Shown: positions 38,901 through 50,900 of the stretch, in pieces | Layout of the letters: every line of letters begins with the position of its first letter | Numbering within the stretch: position 1 is the stretch's first letter | NCBI GenBank assembly: GCA_036785375.1 | Contig: JAWMAR010000077.1 | Location: forward strand, 248,001 to 312,000 | Origin: Leucoraja ocellata | Lineage: Eukaryota | Length of the DNA: 64,000 nt | Direction of reading: 5' to 3' | Position numbers and translations under genes: made by a program | Notes under the pieces: generated by a model | Databases searched by the model: none | Told to the model about the DNA's origin: nothing | Seen by the model: only the letters and a program-made list of their open reading frames with translations

Positions 38901-41900
38901 GGTGGGGTGAAGGGGTTGTGTGTTGGTGGGTCTACTGTGGGTTGAAGGGAGAGTGGATCAATGGGATGGGAAGGAGAGGTGAGTGGGGTGGAGAGGATGT
39001 GTTGGGGTGGAGAGGGTGGTGCCAGCATGGGTGGGTTGGAGGAGGGGTGTTTAGGAAGTGTGGGTATGGTAGCAGAGGTGGTTTGAGGGGATGGGGTGGA
39101 GAGGGTGTGTTGGGTGGAGGAAGTGTGCATGGGTGGAGGGGTTGAGGGGGTATTGGGGTGGAGTGGGGGTGTTGGGGTGGAGGGGTGAGTGGGTGGTGTG
39201 TGGTTGAAGGGCGCTTGGGTGGAGGTGTGTGTGTGTTGGAATGGAGGGGTGATTGGGGTGGATTGGTGTATCGGGTTCTAGGGCAGTGTGAGGTGTAGAA
39301 GGGATAGAGAGGGTGCATTGAGGTGGAGGGAGTGTGTTGAGATGTGGAGTGGATTGGAAAGGTTGTGGGTTCTGGGGTTGGTGTGTGGGATGGAGGTGGG
39401 CATGTGGAGTGGAGGCAGTATGTGGGGTAGAGGAGTTGGGATGGAGGAAAGGTGGTGGGTGTAGGTGTGAATGGGTAGAAGGGGTGTGTGGGTCAGGGTG
39501 ACTGGGAGGAGTCAATGCGTGTAGTGTAGATGATGTGTGGGTGGTGGGGTTGTGTGTGGAGTGGAGAGGGTGGGATAAAGGAGATGGGGTCGAGGGGATG
39601 GGGTGGAAGAATTTATTGTTTCTGACCTGTGCGAACCTGTCTCTCTTCCCCCTCACCCTCCACCCCCTCTCCCTGTCCTTTTACAGACTAATGAGTGTTA
39701 GGCTAGTGTGTTGTTCATCCAGGGCCAAACAGTCACTTTCACTGGACAGCTTCCCGCCTCCTCCTTCACACTAGTACAGCAAGCTCACAATCCCACTGGG
39801 AGCATAGTTTGGAACTATGAATACGAAACTCCCAGCATTTTTTAATCATCACACCTAACTGAGTGTGAATATCTATTCCACAAGTTTACACTATGTCCTG
39901 CTGCCATACAGTCTGGAATAGCGCAGAGATAGATTTGCTGCATTATGTCACCAAAGACCCGTGTTCAATCCTGACTAGGGGTGCTGTCCATACGGAGTTT
40001 GTTCGTTCTCCCCGCTTGGGTTTTCCCGGGGTAATTCAGTTTCCTCCCACACTACAAAGACGTACAGGCTTGTAGATGATTAGGTTTGGGTAAAGTTGTC
40101 CCTTGAGTGTACGATACTGTTCATATAGGGGGTTTTGGCCAGTGCAGATTTGTAGGGTCGATGGGCCTGTTTACCGCAATGTATATCTAACTAAAGATAA
40201 ACTAAACTACAGTGTGTGTGTAGTTTAAATAAATCTGTATAAAATAATTGGGATTTTAGCAATGAAATTAACCCATTAGTTACGGGGAGCGTGTGACGAT
40301 GTTTAGGCTTTGATGTGCACTTGATGTACTGTGTGGGACCTGAGGGGTTACCTCTGAACATAGACCCCCACCATCACAGAATGATTCTCTGTAACAACCA
40401 TTTCCTGTATCCATCCATCAGCCCTGCCACAAAGTGCCCTAAAATATAATAATGATGTCACGGCATCATAAATGTTGGTTGAAATGGGAGCTGCAAGGGG
40501 AATTAATTCAGTTGGATGTCATAAATTATAGTCTCAAGCCGTTCGCTGGTCCTTAACTTCACCCGAACACGTAATCCATGAAATATATAGCATGCTTGAA
40601 ACAGATATAAATATTTATTAGAGTGAATTGCAGGTTCTGCTAGAGCTCCACTAACCTTGTGTAAGATGCATGACAATAATTACCAGGTAGTCTGTCTGAT
40701 GCAGGCTGTGCTGGGTATGAATTCGATGCCTGCACACATTATGGTTTACTGGGATCACGTTTACTGGTAGGAGCTGCATGTTAATTATAATGCAACATTC
40801 CTCAGAGTTATATTTTATTGGAGCTTACTTAACTTTCCATTTGGTTACATTTCAACTGCTCAGTAAAAGGACTTAGAAACATAGAAACATAGAAATTAGG
40901 TGCAGGAGAAGGCCATTCGGCCCTTCGAGCCTGCACCGCCATTCAATATGATCATGGCTGATCATCCAAGTCAGTATCCCGTACCTGCCTTCTCTCCATA
41001 CCCCCTGATCCCCTTAGCCACAAGGGCCACATCTAACTCCCTCTTAAATATAGCCAATGAACTGGCCTCAACTACCCTCTGTGGCAGAGAGTTCCAGAGA
41101 TTCACCACTCTCTGTGTGAAAAAAGTTCTTCTCATCTCGGTTTTAAAGGATTTCCCCCTTATCCTTAAGCTGTGACCCCTTGTCCTGGACTTCCCTAACA
41201 TCGGGAACAATCTTCCTGCATCTAGCCTGTCCAACCCCTTAAGAATTTTGTAAGTTTCTATAAGATCCCCTCTCAATCTCCTAAATTCTAGAGAGTATAA
41301 ACCAAGTCTATCCAGTCTTTCTTCATAAGACAGTCCTGACATCCCAGGAATCAGTCTGGTGAACAGTCTCTGCACTCCCTCTATGGCAATAATGTCCTTC
41401 CTCAGATTTGGAGACCAAAACTGTACGCAATACTCCAGGTGTGGTCTCACCAAGACCCTGTACAACTGCAGTAGAATCTCCCTGCTCCTATACTCAAATC
41501 CTTTTGCAATGAAAGCTAACATACCATTCGCTTTCTTTACTGCCTGCTGCACCTGCATGCCTACCTTCAATGACTGGTGTACCATGACACCCAGGTCTCG
41601 CTGCATCTCCCCCTTTGTCGAAAGCCTTCTGGAAGTCCAGATACACCACATCCACTGGTTCTCCCCTATCCACGCTACTAGTTACATCCTCGAAAAATTC
41701 TATAAGATTCGTCAGACATGATTTACCTTTTGTAAATCCATGCTGACTTTGTCCAATAATTTCACCACTTTCCAAATGTGCTGCTATCCCATCTTTAATA
41801 ACTGACTCTAGCAGTTTCCCCACTACCAATGTTAGACTAACTGGTCTGTAATTCCCCGTTTTCTCTCTCCCTCCCTTCTTAAAAAGTGGGGTTACGTTTG

Positions 41901-44900
41901 CTACCCGCCAATCTTCAGGAACTACTCCGGAATCTAAAGAGTTTTGAAAGATTATTACTAATGCATCCACTATTTCTGGAGCTACTTCCTTAAGTTCCTT
42001 AACACCACTTCCCGGCTAACCTGGATTTCACTCAATTCCTCCAACTCCTTTGACCCGCGGTCCCCTGCTATTTCCGGCAAATTATTTATGTCTTCCTTAG
42101 TGAAGACGGAACCAAAGTAGTTATTCAATTGGTCCGCCATATCCTTGTTCCCCATGATCAACTCACCTGTTTCTGACAGCAAGGGACCTACATTTGTTTT
42201 AACTAATCTCTTTCTTTTCACATATCTATAAAAACTTTTGCAGTCAGTTTTTATGTTCCCTGCCAGTTTTCTTTCATAATCTATTTTCCCTTTCCTAATT
42301 AAGCTCTTTGTCCTCCTCTGCTGGTCTTTGAATTTCTCCCAGTCCTCCGGTATGCTGCTTTTTCTGGCTAATTTGTACGCGTCATCCTTCGCTTTGATAC
42401 TATCCCTGATTTCCCTTGTTATCCATGGATGTACTACCTTCCCTGATTTATTCTTTTGCCAAACTGGTATGAACAATTTTTGTAGTTGATCCATGCAGCC
42501 TTTAAATGTCTTCCATTGCATATCCACCGTCAACCCTTTTAGAATTAATTGCCAGTCAATCTTGGCCAATTCACGTCTCATACCCTCAAAGTTACCTTTC
42601 TTTAAGTTCAGAACCATTGTTTCTGAATTAACAATGTCACTCTCCATCCTAATGAAGAACTCAACCATATGCTTTAAATTGGATTAGCTATGAATAAGGG
42701 GAGGCTAAATTACATTCCTAATTACATTCCACAGTAGAGCCAGGCTCTGATCAACAGGTGCAGCACACGAATGATCTTAGTGTATTCATGTATGGAAATC
42801 CGATTATAATCAAGCATTTAGCCCATGTTGACCAACCTGGCTCTCACAGCACACATGGTACTACTCCTGACCTTGACTCCAGTTGCATACCTTCTCTCAT
42901 TCCTGACCCTGTCTTACACCTGGCCCCCTATTCTACCCTGATCATAGCTGCTTAGGTTCCCAGTGTTGAACACTCTCATTGTCCCAGCTTTGACTGCACA
43001 CCTAGTACTATTCCAGACCTTGACTCTGGATGCACACTTGGCCTTGCTCCTAGCCCCTCTGCACCGACAATATATCTGGCCCACACATAAAGCCCCATAT
43101 CTGACCCCCTGGACTTAACCTATTACGTTCAAGTTCACAGGTACTTATCTAATGCAGTAATCTTTTATGGGGCACTTCACGGACCAAATCCATTGGCTTC
43201 CTTGTTATCTAACATGCTAGTTACTTTGTCAAATAAGTCATCAATTGGTTGAACACAGTTTCTCATCCATAAAATTATACTCACTCAGCTGTATAAGTAT
43301 TCTGTTACCATTTCCTTCATTTTCCAAACAAACTGTCCTGAAGTCATTTTCACCCCCAATATGTTCAATATTTTGCTGTCTTCCTCTCTGCTGGGACTTT
43401 TCCGAAAGTCCTATTATTATATATTTAAGCAATCAAATTCTATTTAGTATGATCTTGAGAGTACATAATATTTTCTGTGGTATTCATAACACAACAATGA
43501 AAAAAAATCTTTGTTTTGATTACACCTACCAACATGCACACATTATATTACAGTTAATATGTACCGAGGGCAGATTTCTGTCCAATGCTCCCCATTCCCA
43601 ATTACTTTTACATTGAAGTGATTGAAATCCAAGTGAAGTTTATATGGCATCAGAAAAATAAAACCTCCAAAATGGATGATATTCTTCATGTGGTTGGTTG
43701 CAGTCAGTATCAGCACAATTACTGTATTAAACTTTGAATCTTCAGATGTCCTGCTTAAAGCTAAAACTAAAAACAAATAATAACCTCCTCACACATTCCC
43801 CTGCAAGTATCCTAGTCACTCCTTTAAAATATGCTCCTTCTTTAAACAAGCTCTTAAACATCGCATCTGAATCAGTTTCCATCTGATTACACTCCTTGAG
43901 GATGTTCATCTACGTGTTCAGTTAATAAAACATGGAGATTGGGGACATATATTCAACCTGTCAAAGGAATTTTGGGGGGGGGTTAGAAATAGTCAGTGAG
44001 GTAAACAAACATAATAGTTGAGTGGCAAATGACAATAGTTCTACCTTCCCAATATTTAACTGAAGTAAATGATGGGCTATCGGGGCTGTATGTTGTAACA
44101 GACAGCCTAACACCTTGCATGTCATTTTAAAATTACACTTATCCCATCCCCGTGGATATTCCGGATTAATATATTAAAGTTTTGTCAACTATATGTAACT
44201 CTCTTGTAAACATCCAAGAATTGGCCTCCACTGCCTTCTGTTGCAGAGAATTCCACAGATTCACAACTCTCTGGGTGAAGAATGTTTGTCCTCATCTCAG
44301 TCCTAAATGGCCTACCCCTTATTTTTAAACTGTGTGGTCCCTGGTTATGAACTCCCCCAACATCGGGAATATTTTTCCTGCAGTCACAGTAAGTGAAAAT
44401 CTAGCAGTCAAGCAGGATGCTTTCTCCAACCACCCCCATTTGAAGGCCACTATCTTCCACCACCTCTACTCAGTACTTGGTACCTACTTCCAGCAGCCAC
44501 TGGTTGTCCTGCAGGATGCACCGAGCCGCAGCCTGGCCCATGTCGATCACCAGGGTGAATTCGGCACAGTGACTCTCACGGCAGCGGCGCAACGCTTCCG
44601 ACGCCTCCGACGGCCCGGGACTCTTGCACTGAGGCTGCTCCATGGCCGGAGCTGCAGCCAGCCCGGCAAACACTCGCCAGCCCCGGCTCCCCGTCCGCAT
44701 CTACCACCGCCGCTGCTTCTGCTTCCATACCTCCCTCCTCTCCAGCACTCCAACACCCGCGGCCCATGCAGTTGATATTAGTTTTGAAATTCTCGTTGAT
44801 CACAGAATTTCTCATGACAGAGCGTGAGAAATTCTGTGATCAGCGTGAGAGCGTGAGAATTGGGTGAAATCCATGAGTCTCACGCTCAATGCGTGAGAGT

Positions 44901-47900
44901 TGGCAGGTCTGATGTTTTCATCCTGATGTATGATTAGGTGGTAATGCTTTTGATCTGATTTGGTCTGTTTGTCTCTGACTCGGTACTTTATTAAATGTCA
45001 TCAACCATTTCTCACCCCAACTGCCCAACCGATCAAATCATGCTGCAATTTTGGACAACCATCTCCAACTTCTACCATACCACCCACTTTAGTGTCATCT
45101 GCAACCTTGCTAATCATGCCATGAGGCATGTCACTGGTCACAGGCCTCCAGTCCAAAAAGCAATCTTCCACCATCACACTCTGCTTCCTTCCATGAAGCC
45201 AATTTTCTATCCATTCAGCTATCTCTTCTTGGATCTAACCTTCCAGAGCAGCCTATCATGTGGAACCNNNNNNNNNNNNNNNNNNNNNNNNNNNNNNNNN
45301 NNNNNNNNNNNNNNNNNNNNNNNNNNNNNNNNNNNNNNNNNNNNNNNNNNNNNNNNNNNNNNNNNNNNNNNNNNNNNNNNNNNNNNNNNNNNNNNNNNNN
45401 NNNNNNNNNNNNNNNNNNNNNNNTGCCGTCATCGATCTCTTTGGTCACACCATCAAAGCATGATCTGAATATGTGACATAATAGCAAATGCAAGTTGTGC
45501 AGCAACGTCAATGAAAGCCAATTTTGCACGTCTACATTAATCACTGTACTTAAGCACACGTGACAGGCAGGTTTCTACCCCTTTGTTTTTATCTTTCTCT
45601 GCAGCTGTTTCATGAATGCTTCCATTGAATATGTCTTGCGTGTAATAGGAATGAGCCCCACACTGGGCTCGCTGAATGGGGGCACAACAATCACCATCTC
45701 TGGGGCTGGTTTCAGTCCAATTCTAGAGGATAATGATGTCAAACTCGGTAAGTCTATGATAAGCTTTCTCCAGAGGCTTCAGCAGCCTTATACCTTTAAC
45801 TGGTTTTATTCTAAATTCAAGCCATTACTCTGTTCGCACACAGTGAGAGAAACTTAAAATTCGCCTTTAATCTTTCCTGACTAAACATTATCTGATTGAG
45901 GAAGGTTACACAGAAAAGCTGGAGAAACTCAGCGGGTGCAGCAGCATCTATGGAGCGAAGGAAATAGGCAACGTTTCGGGCCGAAACCCTTCTTCAGACT
46001 GATCGGGGGTGGGGGTGGGTGGGGACAAGAAAGGGAAAAGGAGGAGTAGCCAGAAGGCTGGAGGGTGGGAGGAGACAGCAGGGGAGCTGAGGAAGGGGAG
46101 GAGACAGCAAGGACTAACAGAATTGGGAGAATTCGATGTTCATGCCCCGGGGGTGTAGAGTCCCCAAACGGAATATGAGGTGCTGTTCCTCCAATTTCCG
46201 GTGCTGCTCGCTGTGGCCATGGAGGAGACCCAGGACAGAGAGGTCGGAGGCGGAGTGGGAGGGGGAGTTGAAGTGCTGAGCCACCGGGAGGTCAGCTTGG
46301 TTATTGCGGACCGAGCGGAGGTGTTCGGCGAAACGATCGCCCAACCTCCGCTTGGTCTCACCGATATAGATCTGCTGGCATCTAGAGCAGCGGACGCAAT
46401 AGATGAGGTTGGAAGAGATGCAGGTAAACCTCTGTCGCACCTGGAACGACTGCTTGGGTCCTTGAACGGAGTCGAGGGGGGAGGCATCTGATTGAGGAAG
46501 TTCTGTTCCGTTCTGAATCACTGTGATGTCCGATATTCACAGGCTCTGTTCGATGTCCCATCACCTTTGCTTCACACAACGTGCTGGAGTGTGTTCTTGG
46601 TCCAACGGGAAGAACTTTCTTCATCACCAACAATGGCAGCCATCCAAGTAGGTGCAACTTCACGAGGGTTTCTGTCCAGCCATGCTGGAGCACACCCTTT
46701 CTTCTCCATGTCCTAAATGGGAGCATTGTAACTAGAGATCATTCCGTCCCTTCTTGTTCTCTGATTCAGTTTGGTTGTGCTGATGTGAATCTTAACTCAC
46801 CTTAATAACTCTACTGACTTGCCCTGTGAACTCCACTGCTTCTAGTAACATACCTGTTAGCACTGTTCACCTGCCTCATTAACTCCATGACGTTAATTGA
46901 AACATAGAAATATAGAAAATAGGTGCAGGAGTAGGCCATTCGGCCCTTCGAGCCTGCACCGCCATTCAATATGATCATGGCTGATCATCCAATTCAGTAT
47001 CCTGTACCTGCCTTTTCTCCATACCTCCTGATCCCTTTAGCCACAAGGGCCACTTCTAACTCCCTCTTAAATATAGCCAATGAACTGGCCTCAACTATCA
47101 TCTGTGGCAGAGAACTCCACAGATTCACCACTCTCTGTGTGAACATTTGTTTGTCATCTCGGTCCTAAAAGATTTCCGCACTTATACTTAAACTGTAACC
47201 CCTTGTTCTGGACTTCCCCAACATCGGGAACAATCTTCCTGCATCTAGCCTGTTCAACCCCTTAAGAATTGTGTACGTTTCTATAAGATCCCCTCTCAAT
47301 CTTCTAAATTCTAACAAGTACAAGCCGAGTCTATCCAGTCTTTCTTCTACAATAACAAATATACATAAATCTAATAACCTTGTTATAGTGCCCCGCAACC
47401 ACTCACTTCTACTGATTTAATTCAGCTTGTTTGTAGTTCCCTGTCTCTCTTCTATTAATAGTGGAATTCCTGATTTGCGCCCTTTTCTGTGAGAGAAAAT
47501 TTAATTCGAAGGGACCCCTTTATGCTTGACTCCATAACTTCAGCACGTATCAAAATTGGACATGTAATCTGTTTAATGTGATGTCTTCTGAGTTAAGAGA
47601 GTGAGTTCATGCATTGATAGCTACAATATTTTCTCCTTTATTGGAAAATGTCAGAGATTGCAGTTACAATGATGTAAATTCCGATTTATAAATCTCAGTA
47701 TTGCAATTGATGTATTTCTTGAGTTGCTTTGCTGACTATTTTTTTTTTATCGGACAGCACTGGGAGTTGGGTACAGTTGGAATTCGTCGAGCCTTGAGAT
47801 CCTTGTTGGAGACACAGTGCATTGGATATGGGAGTCACCACCTCTCCTCCAAGGCTTGAGGTACCGAGTCTTCAGTGTCTCTAAGCCCAGTGATGTGAAT

Positions 47901-50900
47901 TACAAAGGCAAGGGGTTTATAAGTGGAGATATCGGCACTCCAGCAGGTGAGTACCCCATATTTGCATTTCATTTGACTGGAAGATAGCAAGGTGTAAAAT
48001 CCAACTGATGTTTACAGTGCTAATGTTTATCTTTGATAGTTTTTAGATTTAAAATCATTTCTGCTGGGTGTTATGAATCAGCCAATAATTCCATCTATAA
48101 AGTTTACACAGATAGACCTCAGACACAGGGAAATGTTTTAATCGTGACTTGCTTTTCCCTAGCATTTTTCATAACCTCAGAACATACTGAAACATTTCCA
48201 GCTAATCTGGTCCTATTGAAATCTAGTACAGGTATATTGGAAACAAGGTGGATAATTTGCACATATAGCATTTCGCAAACAGTAATGTGATAATGAACTA
48301 ATGATCAATTTAAGTGATGTTGGATGAAGGCTAAAGGAAGAACTACTCTGGGGGGAAGGATGGGGGAGGGATGGGGGAGGGAGGGGGGAGGGATGGGGGA
48401 GGGAGGGGAGGAGGGAGATGGGGGAGGGGAGGGAGGGGGAAGAGTGTGGAGGGAGGGGAGAGGGGTGGGGGGAGAGAGTGGGGAGGGAGAGTGGGAGGGG
48501 GAGGGGGAGAGAGGGAAGGGGGTGGGGTACAGAGGGAAGGGGGTGGGCGAACAAGTGATGGGGGTGGGAGGAGAAGGGGGGGGAGAGGGGTGAGGAGATG
48601 GAGAGGGGGAGGAGAGGAGAGAGGGGAGGGGAGAGAGGTGTGGGGGAGGGGGGAGATGGGGTACCACCATGAGGTACCACCTCCATTTTAAATTCCATTT
48701 GGAATATTTTGGAGGACCAAGAAACCAAGAACCAAGAACCAAGTACACATCTGCAATTGTCTTCACTAATTTTCTTTTATTTTGCCCATATTCCCATCAA
48801 CTCCTATAATCCTAAGGATCTCTTAAACCTCTCTGCCCTGTTTCCTGCATTACCACAATGATTATTTCCAAAAGTATTTCATTGGCCATAAAGTGCTTGG
48901 AGATATCCTGAGATCAGTGAAGGGGGGTGATGCATAAATGTGAAGATTTCTTTTTTGCTCTGCTTGAGCTCACTGATCAATCTCCTTTCTCCGTATAGGT
49001 TCGTTCTCCTACACCTTCACTTCCCCAGGCATGTTTTTCTACAGCAGTGGTCTCATTGACCAGAAGGGCACGATCTTCCTGCAAGGCGTGGTGCATGTGA
49101 GGGCAATGGAAGAAAGCCCCTTAAAGTTGGGGGTTTTCGTGATTGGCTTTGAAGCAGAATATGCACCTGGTGAGCTCATCCAGTTTCAGTCTGTAACGTT
49201 CAAGCTTCTTGTATTGTTGTCAGATGCCTGTACAGTAAAGGGCCTGTCCCACTAGGCCGTCATTTGCGCCTCATTTATGCGTCATATGTAAAATAGGTCA
49301 ACGTGTCATTACGTGCGACGTCGCGCACAAATCGCGCGTCATCATGCCATCTGGTGCGCGTGAGGCCATTAGAATACCCTGCGGCGCGTGGCGACGAATG
49401 GTTACGCACAGTGACGTCACCATGGATCACCACGTGATACATGTGAGATGTCGGGATGCAGTGTGGGATGCCAATGCGTCAGCGTGTGTACCCAATGCAT
49501 CAGCGTACGTACGCGATACGTCACGCAGGTAGCGCGCGAGGATTTCGTACAGCACGAAATTCTCCACGGCTCTCCCGCGCTACCCACACGCTACCCGTGT
49601 GTCACAACGCGTCAACCTATTTTACATATGATGCGTAAATGAGGCGCAAATGACGGCCAAGTGGGACAGGCCATTAAGGCCACTGCGATTATGGTATTTG
49701 TCTCGCTCCACATTTTTTGCAATTAAACAAGCCACCCATTGCATGAGGCGTCGGTGACACTGATATTGTCCAATGAAAATTGTTTTTGTGGCAAAAATAA
49801 ATCTACTCTGGCTTTGTGTTCTAATTTCAGTAGCATATACATTGTAGCTAGGTAGACCAATGCTCTCCAGTCATGGACATTTCCAGTAATACATTACAGT
49901 TCTTCAGTAACTACGGAAAAGTCTGACAATTATTGAATGGTACCTCGTGCCCCACATATTCTACCATTAAAAGCAGAATGGAATCTCAAAGTCAATAATC
50001 AAGAATATATTGGTTTATTGGTTCATTATTGTGATGTGTACAGTGAATAACTGAAGGGACAGTGACAACAATACTTCATTGTTAGGGTGGTGAATCTGTG
50101 GAATTCTTTGCCACAGAATGTTGTGAAGGCCAGGTCAATAGATATTTATAAAGCAGAGATAGATAGATTCTTGATTTGAACAGGTGTCAGGGGTTATGGG
50201 GAGAAGGCAGAAGAATGGGGTTAGGAGGGAGAGATAAACCAGCCATGATTGAATGGTGGAGAAGACCTAATTCTGCTCCTATCACTTATGAATCTGTGAC
50301 CTGATGATCTGCCAGTCATTTTTTTTTTCTAGATGATCACAAGGAATGCAACGCCTGGAGTGAGATTTGAGCATGCAACCTTATTTGTTTAGTTATCTAC
50401 AGAGTCTCAGCTAACATTGAGCAAATGAGCTGGGTGTCACAGTGACACAGTTGGTCAAGTAGCTACTTCACATACTGACTTCCTGTGTTCCCCACCAGCC
50501 CGGGCAGCACATTCCAGGCAGCCACAACTTTTGCAAACAAATTGCCCTGCCTATCTCCTTTAAACGTTGCTTTTCTTACTTTAAACCTTTGACATTTCCA
50601 TCCTAGGAAAAAAGGTTCTGTCTATTCTATCTATGCCACTCAAAAATGTTATATACTTCTATCAGGTCTTCTCTCAACCTCTGATGTTCTAGAAAAAAAT
50701 GATCCAAGTTGGTCCAACCTCTCTCTGTAGCAACCCCCCCCCCCCCCCTCTAATCCAAGTATAATTCTGATAAACCTCCTCTGTACCCTTTCCAAAGCCT
50801 CCACATCCTTTCTGTAATGGGGTGACCAGAACTGCACACTATGCTACAAATACAGCCTAACCATAGCTGCAACACAAGTTCGTGACTCTTATAGCCAGCT

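Noticed and set aside
36381-39656. Pro/His/Gly-rich ORFs in low-complexity tracts (also 48213-48766)
   Set aside because: Artefacts of C- or G-rich sequence with few stop codons; no splice or homology support.
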